Assembly (NCBI GenBank): GCA_973851085.1
Contig: OZ316775.1
Span: 992,001-1,056,000, forward strand
From: Ptychomitrium polyphyllum
Taxonomy: Eukaryota
Direction of reading: 5' to 3'
DNA length: 64,000 nucleotides
The notes beneath the pieces are model-generated. The model was not told the DNA's origin, did not search any database, and saw nothing but the letters and a program-made list of their open reading frames with translations. Of the stretch, positions 27,323 to 39,870 are shown piece after piece; the first letter of the stretch is position 1, and each line of letters starts with the position of its first letter. Both the position numbers and the translations under genes were made by a program.

Positions 27323-28853
27323 TGCGTGCTCCCCACTCGCGAAGTCAATTCACCAAAAATTAACCAACGACAAAACCAGGATCACAATCCTTCTTCCATG
27401 AAGCATGAGTTCTGTACCTAGTACTGCGTGTACCCGACAATGGAGAATACTTGCAAGGATGAGTTCAGAAACAGATCTAGAGATGAGGTCCACTAGGATG
27501 GGTCTCCCTGGCGGTAGAGCTCAGCGATTGCGATTATCGACCACTCGCTGGAAAGCCGGAAGCGAGCCCTACAAGAAAAACGGATCGAAATCGGAGCTTG
27601 ACTGCGGGTTGATTAGCCCCGGTCGCGATTTGTGGACCGACAGTTGGAGCGACTGAGCGAGCGACTCGGTGCAGATCGCCGGAAGGTAACTCATGCCTTG
27701 CAGCTTTCCAGACGAGATTGGAGTCGCCATGTTGGCCAATGAGGGGTGGCCAGGTGGCATGTCTGCTGACGAGGCAGAATGATGGATTTGGTCTCTTTGA
27801 ACCTCAAGCTCAATAGTTATTAGCTTTTGAAGTGCCACACAAGCTCCGTTATGTTATGTGAACCACAGTACCGGACACTTTACAGTAAGTAAATTGGGTT
27901 TTTAGATTGCTCATTCCTATGTCGGTACATTTGCACTAGTTTCAATAAATATCATTATATTTTTATGATATTTATATTTGTAATTGCAAGTGTGGTTAAA
28001 TGGTATCTTAACAAACTTTGCTTGTATACTTCATAAGGCAATACATATCACATGTTTTGACATCCTTTATTGTATTCGTATTAGTGGATTCAAAAATAGG
28101 AATGGCTTAAATAATAATCTCAGCAAATCCTTCAAAGATGGAAAGTAAGTGCTACAAAGTGAAAAATAGAGCCATATTTTTGTAATCAACAATTAATAAT
28201 AAGAAACAAATTGGAGGTTAATGATAGCAGTTATTGATGAATGACAAAATCTTTATAATATAATTTTATTAAAAACAAGTGAATCATCTATGCAACCTTA
28301 AAACTACTAATTGAATATTTTACAATATTACATTTTATACTAAATTCTAGAGATATTAACTTATTCTTAATTAATTTTTTAATATTCAATATCATTTTTA
28401 ATAAGTAGTTTTTTACTCAATTTTTTTGTGAATGAGTTTAAAACAATGAGTTTCTAAAATATTTTATAATATAAAATAAACAAGTCATTTATCATCTTCT
28501 ATTCATATCGATTAATTACCAAATGATTAATAATCACCAAGTACATTATCAATAATCACCAAAAGCACCAAAAGCAAATTAGAATAGAAAACGAATGAAA
28601 GAATAGTGATAATTATGGAAATGAAATTAAATACAAATTACTTTTTGAAGAAGAAACTGAGCTTATATTAAGTTTTTTTAAAAACTAAACAATGGATAAA
28701 AATGGTAATTAGATTCAATTTATTAATCTTATAGCAAATACTACAATTATTGCACATAATTTCAAAATGCATTGATATTATGTAAAATTTTCAATAAATT
28801 CTTAATTAAATAAATAGTCTTTTATGCTTTGGAATATTTAAACACAAAAAAAT

Positions 28854-29320
28854 TGTCACAAACATAGATCATGCAACATGGTCTTTAGAACCTTCTTGTA
28901 TATTATAGTGGCTTCTTAAAATACTTTCAATACTTCCAAAGCTGTTTCTACTATTTTGGAAAATTTCCAAGGAAGGTTCCAATTTTTTGGAAGTTTTTTA
29001 GAAAGGTTCAACTCCCTTTAAAAACTTCCTAGGAAGGTTCCACCATCTTGGGAAACTCCTTGGAAAAGTAGCATAGATTTTTAAAATACTCTAAAGCTTT
29101 ATAGAAAGCTTTTTTAGAAGTATCCTATAAAATACAAGCATCATAGTATAAATAGGAAGCAAGACAACGTATACCTTGGCCTTGCCAATACAAGTTGTAG
29201 GTTATATTATATCATGCCTTGCTCTAATTTTTATATTAGTTCTTGTTAATCATTAGTTCTTTGGAAGCTAATTCTTGAAAAATACTTTGTCTCTACTTCT
29301 TATATTTTGTGTTTTTAACA
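28854..29320 (+). repeat. 5' LTR of the chromovirus
   Basis: TGTCAC...TAACA termini, TATA at 29147, colinear with 35659-36105. Confidence 0.9.
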
Positions 29321-29322
29321 CT

Positions 29323-29334
29323 TTGGCAAGACTA
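29323..29334 (+). promoter_or_regulatory. Primer-binding site TTGGCAAGACTA, complementary to the element's own LTR
   Basis: Starts 2 nt after the 5' LTR; its reverse complement TAGTCTTGCCAA occurs exactly in the 3' LTR (35962-35973). Confidence 0.8.
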
Positions 29335-29994
29335 CTCTTTATCTATATTATAGCTAAGGTTTTTTGAAGAAGATAGTGGATTATCCATCTTATTCAGATT
29401 TCCATAGCATCTTAGAAGTTGCTAATTACCCTCCTCCCAGTTAACATCATAAGTTGGTTTGAGAGGACTTTGTTCAACAAGTAAAGGTCTTTCTTAGTTT
29501 GCATCAATCTTATTATTTTGATGGCACTACTCAAGTGGAATTTATAGTCATCTTTCTATTAAAAAATGCACTATTGTAGATTGCATCATTAATACAGAAG
29601 CAATCATCATTATTAAACAACTTAGATGCTTTTATGAAAGCGTTGACATTTATCTTTGGAAATATTGACTAAGAAAAGTTGGCTGAAACAAAGATCCAAA
29701 GTCTACAACAAGGATACTGCTCGGTTGTTATATATATTATAGAATTTTCACAACTAACTTGCAACTTAGATTAGAATGATAAGGCCTTGGTTATACAATT
29801 CCAATGGAGCTTGAAAAAAAATGTGAAGGACTTGCTGCTTACAATGCCAGGGATTAATATATTAAACGAATTCATCAATCAAGCAATAGCATGTGATAAT
29901 GGATTATTTGAGAGGCGCTAAGAACAATACTTGGTATGGCAATCGGTACATCAAGGTACGGTAATCACTTCTTCAAAAGTATTGAAAAACCAAC

Positions 29995-31139
29995 TGTCGC
30001 GCACCTCTCCTTGAAGAGTGCTCGCAATACTAAGTGCACAAGGGGGACCCCGGAATGACGTCTGGGACTTGTGGCGCCAATAGTGAGGGGAATCGAGTTG
30101 GCCTAGCTTGGGAAAGATCCCTAGGAGGAGAAACATCCTTGCCCATGTAGACCAAAGGCCACAAGGGATAAATCGTAAGCATTGGAGGAATCACGAAGAG
30201 CTGATTCTAGAATGCTAAAGATTGCTCAAATCGGACAAGGGAGCTAAAAGTTATGGCATCCCAAAGTTGGGGTTGCCAAGGGGCTGTTCTAGACTATGGC
30301 AGCCCTACACAGTGACTGTACTGGACTGAAACAGTCCAGAGAGGGACTCCCCGGGAGTCCCGAACCTTGGAAAAAGCATATCTCCCAGAATACCAACTCA
30401 AATTGGACGTTTGAGGAGTCTATCGGCATTTATGCAAAGAGTAGATGACGATAAAGTGGTCGCTTGATACATTTGGGCACCGGACGTGGAAGATATGGCT
30501 CCCTAAAGGTCCGCATGGAGTTCCGGAGGCTTCCAGCGGCTAAATCCCAAAGGAGATTGGGTGGTCTTCCAAAACTTTGGATGTATCGGGGTTCAGCCAG
30601 CTATAGAGGGCCAAGGGGCCTGCCGAATCCCACAGAGAGTACTATAGGGGAGGGTTGGTCCCCCTCCCCACTCCCCTAGTGTCTCGATAGGAACCAAAGG
30701 TGAGTCCTGGTTGGTGAAGCTAGTGTTGGGGCTTCACCACGGGGACTCCCATACCATTGTGAGTCGATGGATGGCCGGTTTCACAGAGGAAACTAGCACG
30801 TTCAAAAGGGTACCCTTGTTACCACTATGTTGAGGTGGTGTCTTCACGCCGGCACCATGATGGCCCGGGGTGATCTTAAGATTGCATGGAGATCATGAGT
30901 GGTGGTGAGGAGACACCACTAAGTGCGGTTAGGCCGTGTGGAATGGGAATAACATCAAGTGAGGCCTTGGATATAAATGGAAGTTCGCACCTAACCATTG
31001 GCTACCAATCAATTGGGTGTCCTAAGAGAAATGGTAGAGGGACTTGGAGAGTGAGAATGGGGGTTAACCATGTGCATGTGGAGGTGTACAGGGTTGATGC
31101 GCGTGACGCGTGCTAAGGTGCATTACAAGGGTTGCGACA
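29995..31139. mobile_element. Solo LTR (1145 bp, GC-richer, different family) nested in gag
   Basis: TGTCGC...GCGACA termini with perfect 5-bp TSD CCAAC (29990-29994, 31140-31144); gag resumes afterwards. Confidence 0.9.
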
Positions 31140-34100
31140 CCAACCATAAGGACCAAAACCTATGCAAATTAATGTTGCCTAATTAAGACATCTAATTTCA
31201 AAAGAAAAAGAAAGGCGTCAAGGATGACACCTATATTTGTATTGTGGCAAGTTTTGACATAAAGTGCACAATTGCCAAATCAAAGAATTTATTTTTAAGA
31301 CTTGGAGCACAATGGTGAAGTTGGAAAACAAAGTTGTCCAATCACAATAGGGACCATGCAATTAGACAAAACAAAAATTGACCATCAAATCAAGGTCTCT
31401 AATTACCTCCAACCCCTATTTTTTGTTTTATATTTCTTATTAAAATCAAATTATTACAAGATTGATTAATTATTGTAGCTTTTTGGATATTGGTGCAATG
31501 ACATGCTTCATGGATAAGGTTTTTGCAACAAAACACCACATGGTGCTTCTGAACCAAAAACATCTTGCACTTGTTGAAATTATCAATGGACAAACTTTTG
31601 CATCTGGTAATATTATTGAAAATATTCAATCCTTGGAAGTTGTTTTAGGAGAACAAGCATCTAAGATTGCCTTCAACATCATTCAACGTCAAACAAATCC
31701 TATTGTCTTAGGCCTTACATGGTTTGAATTATATAATCAAGACATTAATTGGCAATTATAAAATATAGTCTCAAAGAAAAGTTGTTAAGGTATGAAAAAT
31801 CTTAGACCATCATTTATTAGAGCTAAAGCGTTCATGAAAGCGGCAAAAGATAAACCAATCTATGTCATTTATGCCATGTTAATGTTTGATTCCGTACTAG
31901 AGACTAATCAGGGCACACTTCATCAATATCAAGATTATAAAGATGTTTTTGAAGAGAAGAATGCAGATATATTTTACCAAAACATCGGCCTTACAATTGT
32001 GCTATTGAGTTGCAAAAAGAAATTCAACCACCTTTTGGACCTATTTGTAACCCATTACAAACTAAGTTGACTTCTTTGAGAGAATATATTGATGAACTTG
32101 GAAAGGGCTTCATTCAACACTCTAAATCACCTGCTAGAGCATCCATCTTATTTGTTAAAAAGAAGGATGGATCATTATGTATGTGCGTGGATTATTGAAA
32201 CCTCAATAAAGTGACCAATAAGAACTGTTATCTATTACCATTAATCTTAGGATTCTTATAACAAATTAGCCTAGCAAAGATATTCACCAAGATTGATCTT
32301 AAAAGAATCTACAATCTTGTATGCATTAAATTAAGAGATGAATGGAAGACAACCTTTTGATCTAAGTATGGCCATTTAGAATACAATATCATGCCTTTTG
32401 GCCTTATCAATGCCCCTGCAATCTTTCAACACATGATGAATGATATCTTTCATGAACATTTAGACAATTTCATAGTCATATACTTGACTAATATTTTAAT
32501 ATATTCAAAGGATGAATAAGACCTTAGAATTGATCAATTTGAGATGTTCAATGCTTTTTGAAATTTGCAAATTTCTATAAGATATTCATCAAGGACTATT
32601 TTAAGATTGCGGTTCCCTTTACTCAATTTATAGAAAAGTAAAAATTTACTTGGAATAAAAAAGCAAAGGGACTATTTGAAGGTCTTAAGAAGTTATACAC
32701 ATTGATTCTAATCCTCATTCATCCAAATCCGTCAAGGCCTTTCTAATTGGAAGCGGATGCTTCAGATTTTGCTCTTGGCTCAATATTCTCATAATATGAT
32801 GAAGACGGGAGATTTCACCCTATTGTTGTTTCTTTAAAGAAGTTCTTAGTAGCAAAGTTCAACTATAATATACATGACAAGAAGTTATTTTCAATTGTGG
32901 ATGCATTTGAAGAATTGTGACATTTATTGGAAAGAGCTTAATATATCATCACAATATATACAAACCACAAAAATTTGAAATACTTCATGAGTGCGCATTT
33001 TTTGATTTGCTATCAATCAAAATAGAGTATGCCGTTTTTTAGATTTGACTTTGTCATTACTTATTGACTTGACAGCCTATAAGATAAGTTAGATGCCTCA
33101 TCTTAAAGATCTTATTTAGGTTTTAAATTTGGAGATGATGTTTTGAATCTACGAAGGACTATTTTATTGAAGCCACAAAATCTTCAATTGAAAGCAACAA
33201 TTATTACTACAACATTCCATTTTGACGAAATTTGGAGGGTTTTACAGAATGATGTTTTTACTTCAAAATGAAAAGGCGTCCTAAAGACAACGCAAATCCT
33301 TCAAATAATAATAAGGACTCTGAACTCCAAGAGGGCTTACTTTATTATAAAGGAATTTTGTACCTACCTCCAGGTTCTTTGCAATTAAAGATCCTTCAAG
33401 CATGTCATGATTTTCCAATAGCAGGGCATTTTGGATTCAATAAAACAATGGAATTGATTGCTAGAGACTATTGGTGGCTACAAATGTAGAAATGCGTGAA
33501 GGACTTTGTTTGATTATGCAACATTTGCACAGGGGCAAAGGTACCATGACACCAACCTCGTAGTCTCTTCCAATTGCTTTCAGTGCCAAAAGTCCGTGGT
33601 TATCATTGTCACTGGATTTTATCATGGACCTCTCAAACCCCAATTCTAAGGATTCTATCTTAATAGTGGTGGTTCAATTTATCAAGATGGCGCATTTTAT
33701 TCTATGATAATACAATGCATTTTTCAACAATATAAACTCCATTCTTTGCAAATTATGGCCATCAACCACAAGCAGATTCATTTCAATTTAAGTATGTTGG
33801 AAGTTCCACAGCAGACAATTTTACAACTCAACTTGCAAAAATCCGCTAAGAATTTACTTTTCAATTACAACAAGCTCAAGATCAATACAAAATTTATGGA
33901 AATTGTCATCAGAAGGACCATCCAAAGTTTAAGGTTGGAGATAGCGTATGGCTCTTACAACAAAACATACAAATAAATAGCCTGTCGAAGAAGATGGACT
34001 ATCAAAGGCTGAACATTTGAAATCAGCAAATAAATAAATCTGGTCAATTATTGCTTTAAACTATCAATAACCATGCAAATTCATCTAGTATTCCTTGTAT

Positions 34101-34730
34101 CTTTATTGTAAATCTACAATAAGTAATGTATATCAAAGAAGGTTGTCTTTCCACCTCCTCCTATAGAAATCAATAATGAGATGGAGTATGAAGTCAAAGA
34201 AATCTTAGATTCAAGCATAAAAAATGGACATGTGAAGTACCTTATACATTGGCAAGGATATGGCATCAATGATTAAACATGGGAACCTTCAATGAACATA
34301 ACAAATGTATTTGACAAATTATGCAAATTTCATCAAAGATATTCTTAAAAACCAAGTCATTGATGACGTATTATGATAAATTAATAGCCATTAGCTTTAT
34401 AGAGAAGATTTTTCTTTAGATAAGTATAAGAAGGAGGGAGTAATATCCAACATTCAATTGTTTGCAGCATTATTTCAAAGATAAATCATCTCTAGATCCT
34501 AGCTAATATGCCAAATCTTTGTGTTATCATAAATATGCGTGAAGAACAATCGGCCGTACTTTCTTCAACAGCAGCACCTATTGAACCAACTCAATTTTTT
34601 CAACCTTTAGTACGAGAGGATCAAGCCAAGATATGAGAAATGCATTCCAACGTTGAGTATAACTTTGTGCAAAACTGATGACTAGTTATCCTTCACATTC
34701 CAATCTTTATTTAAATCCTCAAGCACTAAT

Positions 34731-35364
34731 TGTTAGGGATACAAGAAACAAGAGGCAGAAACGAAGTGTTTTCCAAGAATTAGCTTCCAAAGAGCTAATG
34801 ATTAACAAAAACTTGATACAAAGACTAGAACAAGGCAGGATTCAAGATGATCCACAACTTGTGTTGGCAAGACTAAGGAATACCTTGTCTTGCCTCCTAT
34901 TTATACTATGACGCTTGTATTTCCTAAGATACTTCTAAAGAAGCTTCCTACAAGACTTAAGAATGTTCTGGAAGTCTAGGGAACCTTTCCAAGAAGTTTC
35001 CTAAGATGTTGGAACCTTCCTAAGAGTCTTCCAAGGAGTTGGACCCTTCCTTGGAAGTTTCCTAAGATAGTGGAACCTTCTTAGGAAGTTTCCTAAAGAG
35101 GTAGAACCTTCCTAGGAAGCTTCCTAAGATGATAGAACCTTCTTAGGAAATTTCCTAAGATGATGGAACCTTCCTAGGAAGTTATCTAAGATGATAGAAT
35201 TTTCCTAGGAAGTTTCCTCAGGTGGAGGAACTTTTCTAGGAAGTTTTTTAAGAACATGGAAAAGACTATGGAGACATTTAAAAGTATTCTAAGAAGCTAT
35301 TATAGTATACTAGAAGGTTCTAGAATGTTCTAAAGACTATGTTGCATGATCTATGTCCGTGACA
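34731..35364 (-). mobile_element. Solo LTR of the host element's family, inserted antisense in its 3' region
   Basis: Reverse complement begins TGTCACGGACATAGATCATGCAAC like the 5' LTR; perfect TSD CTAAT (34726-34730, 35365-35369). Confidence 0.95.
34975..35250. repeat. ~31-bp tandem array inside the solo LTR (about 8-9 degenerate units)
   Basis: Units like aagtttcctaagatgatggaaccttcctagg, with palindromic core cttcctaggaag. Confidence 0.85.
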
Positions 35365-35658
35365 CTAATCAGCTTATTAGAAATTGGAAGAGTCACTCCT
35401 AGAGGACCAGAGATCTTGTTTGGAGGATGTTTTGAAGAACTTAATCATGATCAAACTATGGACTGGAACATTTCAACCACATAAATCTTAGATTGTAGTC
35501 ATTGGCACTTTTTGCAAAGACCAATTAAACCAATGGACAAAGAAGAACAAACAAGATATGTTGTTTTTCTTCTTTGACAATTTTGGAATTTGTAGAGATG
35601 TGACGAGCAAGCCACAAGAAGAGTTATTCATGGAACTTGATGCTAAAGGAAGAGATTA

Positions 35659-36105
35659 TTTCACAGACATAGATTACGCAATATATTTTTTAGAACCTTC
35701 TAGAACTTTCTAGTATATTGTAGTAGCTTTTTAAAATACTTTCAATGCTGTCATAGTTGTTTCCACCTCCCTGGAAAACTTCCTAGAGAGATTCTACCAT
35801 TTTGGAAAACTTCTTAGAAAGGTTCCACTGCCTTGGGAAACTTCTTAGGAAGGTTTTATATACTTCTAGAACATTCTTAAGCTTTATAAGAAGCTTCTTT
35901 AGAAGTATCTAAGGAGATACAAGTGTCATAATATAAAGAAGAGGCAAGACAAGGTATACCTTAGTCTTGCCAACACAAGTTGTGAATCATATGGTATCAT
36001 GCCTTATTTTAATCTTTATATCAATTTTTGTTAATTATTAACTCTTTGGAAGCTAATTCTTAAAAAAAAATTTGTTTCTGCTTCTTATTTCTTGTGTCTA
36101 AAACA
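35659..36105 (+). repeat. 3' LTR of the chromovirus, preceded by a polypurine tract (35645-35655)
   Basis: tttcacagacatagat...tgtgtctaaaaca colinear with the 5' LTR; aaaggaagaga immediately upstream. Confidence 0.88.
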
Positions 36106-36786
36106 AAAACAATGAAATAAAATTCTAGAATGCAAATGAAAGATAAATATATCAAAGAAGAAGTATTAGGTGGGATTTAAAGCAAAAATTATCAATTTAG
36201 GAGCATTTATATTCAAAATTTGAAATTGTAATGAAAATTGTAATGAGTTACATATTGAATTTCATAAAAATTTTATTTTAAAATAAAATTTAAAAGAAAT
36301 TTTTACAAATTTACAATGCAGAGCAATTGCCATGGTTGTGCAAACAGCACAAAATCTATTAACATTTTAACACATAAGTTGTCTACCTTTTAGTTTCTAG
36401 CTTATGATATCATATACTAAACTTGACATTAAAGGCACAATTAAATCACAAAGTACTTCAAAATCTATTAAAATATAATCTTCGAGTCAAATCCATTGAA
36501 ATGGATTACCGAGGACGATGGAGTACACTGCAGCATCGGCAGGCCAGCGCGAGGGCGGCGTGGCGTGGCGTGGAGGGGCGGGGCGGGGCGGGGCGGGCAG
36601 TGCGAGCGTGCAGCCGTCCCGCTGAGGGCTGTGATGGCCCAGTGCGCTGGGAGTGCGGGGACCAGGAGGGAAGGGAGCCGCGCCGGCCCTGCGAAGAGAG
36701 AGCTCCAGCGTCGCAGCGAACGCCACCGTTTCTTCCACCAGGGCAGCGGCGACGGAGCTCCCTTCACGTGCCGATCAAGGCCCGAC

Positions 36787-38687
36787 ATGGACGTGGGCAG
36801 GGGTCGCCCTGTGGGCACGGATGGCTACGACTACGCGTACCGCATGACCGTCGATGACAGTCTGTACCTCCCCTCTCCCCCTCTCTCTGGTCTCTGTTCT
36901 GTGTTCTCTGTTTCTTTCTCTGTTTCTGTGTTTGAGCTCCAGCTTACCTCGAGGTCACCCGCGCACTGGGGCAGTGGGGACGTGATGGTGAGCCACGGCC
37001 TTTCGGGTGACTAGGGCCTGTGCATTCCCTGAAGCAGCTCTCCGTCTCTCAGCGTCCTGTGTGTCTTAGGGGTTCACTTCGTAGGGGTTGTGGGGTTGGG
37101 GTGGACGACAGGGTTCATCGCTTTTTTACCTGGGTTTTTCACTTTGGGTTTGCAGGGTATAAGAGAGCGGCGGAAGGGCGGGTCACGCTGCGGAAGTTCG
37201 TCTCTGCGCAAGTATGTTTTTTTGATGACTCTGTACCAGTTATGCACCATGGGTGAGATTTAGGGTTGCTGTTGTGTTCATGGGTAAGGCGGGTTTGGAG
37301 CTTTAGAAGGGTTGGTTATCTTCGAGCTTTGGCCTATCGGGTGAGGATCCGGTATGGTGATGATATTCGGGACTTGGATAGGTACATTGGAGTATGATGC
37401 TCTGAGTTTGCAGTTGGGAATGGGCACTCTAGGTTGCCATGTTTTTGACTGCCAAGTTGGAGTCTTTGGTGTAGTGGATCTTTGGAACGGGAGGTTTCGG
37501 AGAATCTGGGAGAGTTTCTTGATGAATCCATGAGCAAATTCTTTGGTGTAGATGATTGAATTGATCGCTTTGGAAGATACCAGCAGAACTCGAAAAGACT
37601 GCGGTGACATGCGAGAGTCCAGTTCTGGCTTGCGCCTTGTTCTGGGAGAGAATTGAATCCCCCTTTTTTTTTTATCTTTGGCAGGCGGTTCTGCAGATCT
37701 TGAAAGCTACATGGACGTGTTTAGGGGCGCTCAATGGAGTCCCTCCTAATATCGAGGCAGTCGCTTCTTGTGCGTTTGGTGGCGCTGCTGTGCTTCTAGG
37801 AACATTAGGTGTGTTTCATTGAAACCCATCCTACGCTTTTTGAGAGAGTCTAGGGTTCAGATAGGGTTCAACTTGGAGCTGAATGGAGCTCTGTCGATGA
37901 ACTTATATGTTGGATTAATGGTGGAACAGGGTTGAAAGGAAGCTCCAAATTGCTCCGGTTCTACATCTTTTTTACAGTTGTGGCTGTTGGGTGTGCTCTT
38001 ATGCCTTTCGCATCAGGGAATTATATTGGAAAGGTAAGAAGCATCGCAAATATAGACTTGGGTTTATGGCGGCTATCTCTTTTCGTTCGTTCTTGGCATT
38101 TGGTAGAAGAGTAAAGGTATTTGATTAAAGGGAAAAATAATTACCTTTACTCTTCTTTCGAAGGCGTCCATTTGCAGAATCATGCTTTTACTGTAACACG
38201 TTGACGGTTCCGCTGAGATGATTACTTTGGTTTTGCAGTGGAAAGATAATTGGGAATACCTTCAGGTTACTGGTGACTATCAACGAGTTCTTTATTATAC
38301 CCTAGAGGGGGTGCAAGAGTTGGCAGGTAGCCTTCTGAATCATTTGAGATATTCTTCAACCTATGGAGTGTACTGTTTTTTCATCTTGTCATCTGAAAAC
38401 GCCGTTTTGCTGGAGTTGTTTTGACTTCTCTTGATAGTCTTATCATTATTGCCTAATGTATTTAATTTAATTGTTTACTTATTATGTAGAATCAGTTTGG
38501 TTGTGAATTGATTCTTTTAACGAGATCAGGTTTTATGAGCCGAGTGTCCTTCAGCTTATCTGATGTTGGACTTGTTTATCGCTCCGATGGTCATTTGGTG
38601 TGGGCAGGTATCTTGTTGCAATTGGTAGCTGTGCTTATTGCGATCAGCTTTTTGAAGAACGTGACCCTACCTAAGAAACGGAATTGA
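36787..38687 (+). CDS. JAGN1: Jagunal-like ER membrane protein; exons 36787-36859, 37156-37211, 37685-37808, 37930-38033, 38239-38326, 38608-38687
   Basis: N-terminal GRPVGTDGYDYAYRMTVDDRY Jagunal signature, hydrophobic segments and C-terminal KKRN ER-retrieval motif; all introns GT-AG in phase. Confidence 0.88.
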
Positions 38688-39870
38688 GGTTCTTGGATTG
38701 GGATTACAGTGTCGAGGCTTGGGGCTGCTTGAAGTAGCATTTTCTGCAATGCATAGTTTTTCACATCTGTACAAAATGATCCCTCTCATGCAAGCAAGAG
38801 GGAAAGATGTGGTTAAATAGAAGTCTGCGTGAGCCGTACATCTTGAGCAACCTTGGGCTCTGCAAGTGGATTTTTTTCAGGTTTAACCTCTTTAAGTTCA
38901 CATGAATGTGCAGTTGTAATGACTGATGCACATGACATGTACTACCTTAACGGACTTGTTTATAAACCAAAGCAGGACTTGGAAAGGTAGTAGGCGTAGA
39001 TCCAACAAGCAGCTTGCTGACGGTGCTAGACTTTGTAAGAGTTGCGCGTGATGTTCTTCTTTATTGTGCCATCTGTTCCCTGCATAATCATGCAAACAGA
39101 AGCATTGTGTTGAACGTTGCAGTAAGGTTTCTCATTTATAACCTGCTTTGATAGACTTATCATATTGAAGGTCTACTCTATTCGTGCTCAGTATTTTTTG
39201 ATGCAGCGCTGAAATGCTTGATGTTTACATCCCCTCTTTCTGATGTGTCTTCTTGTCCTGGTTCGAGGTAAGTTTTGTGGTCAGCAGCCCATAATTGTAT
39301 ACTGGCCATCGGTGATCATTCTGGATTTCCAGGTTTAATGTGGATTGGCACGAGTGATACCTGACAGTACGCACATGATGTTACGCGGTTTGACATTCTT
39401 CTGGTGGTATGCAGTTTAAAGAGCTAGGGAACCTACTGAACACATCTTTAGTGACCTCTGAAATTGGCTACTTTGAGGCTGTCTATGTCTAGACAACGTA
39501 AAAATTGTTTGCATTTTTACGTTGTCTAGACACCGTTCTGCTCAAGTGCAAGTAGGTGTTGGCTGATTGACACAGATGAAATAGATCTGCAATTACCGTA
39601 GAGATGATGCCTGGTCTTGTTTGTAAGGAAATATGTCTTTTCTTTGTTTGGGTAGTGATAGTATAGTAGCATTTTCTACGGAAGCCTTGAATTTCTATTT
39701 TTCTCCCAAGTCCAACAGCAAAGCAACAAAGCAACATGTAAGGGAGAACAGCCCATTACCATTGAAGTCCTAAAAGACCAGAAAACATTGTATGCGTTCG
39801 CATCAACCATCAAAACTTGTGTTATTGGAGATTTAGGTTTTGTTAGTGATGCTAATGGATTGAGATTGGA

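Larger units (their letters stand above)
28854..36105 (+). mobile_element. Degenerate Ty3/gypsy chromovirus LTR retrotransposon (gag-PR-RT-RH-IN-chromodomain)
   Basis: Two related LTRs in direct orientation, flanks AAAAT/AAAAC; remnants PKPMQI, LYCGK, LDIGAM, SILFVKKKDGSLCMCVDY, MPFGLINAPAIFQ, EADASDFALG, CHDFPIAGHFG and chromodomain [10 protein letters not shown]...YLIHWQGYG (34184-34350); many stops, with internal deletions in RT and IN. Confidence 0.95.

Noticed and set aside
34975..35250. CRISPR-like array of palindromic repeats
   Set aside because: The units are contiguous degenerate tandem repeats with no unique spacers, inside a eukaryotic LTR, and no cas genes are present.
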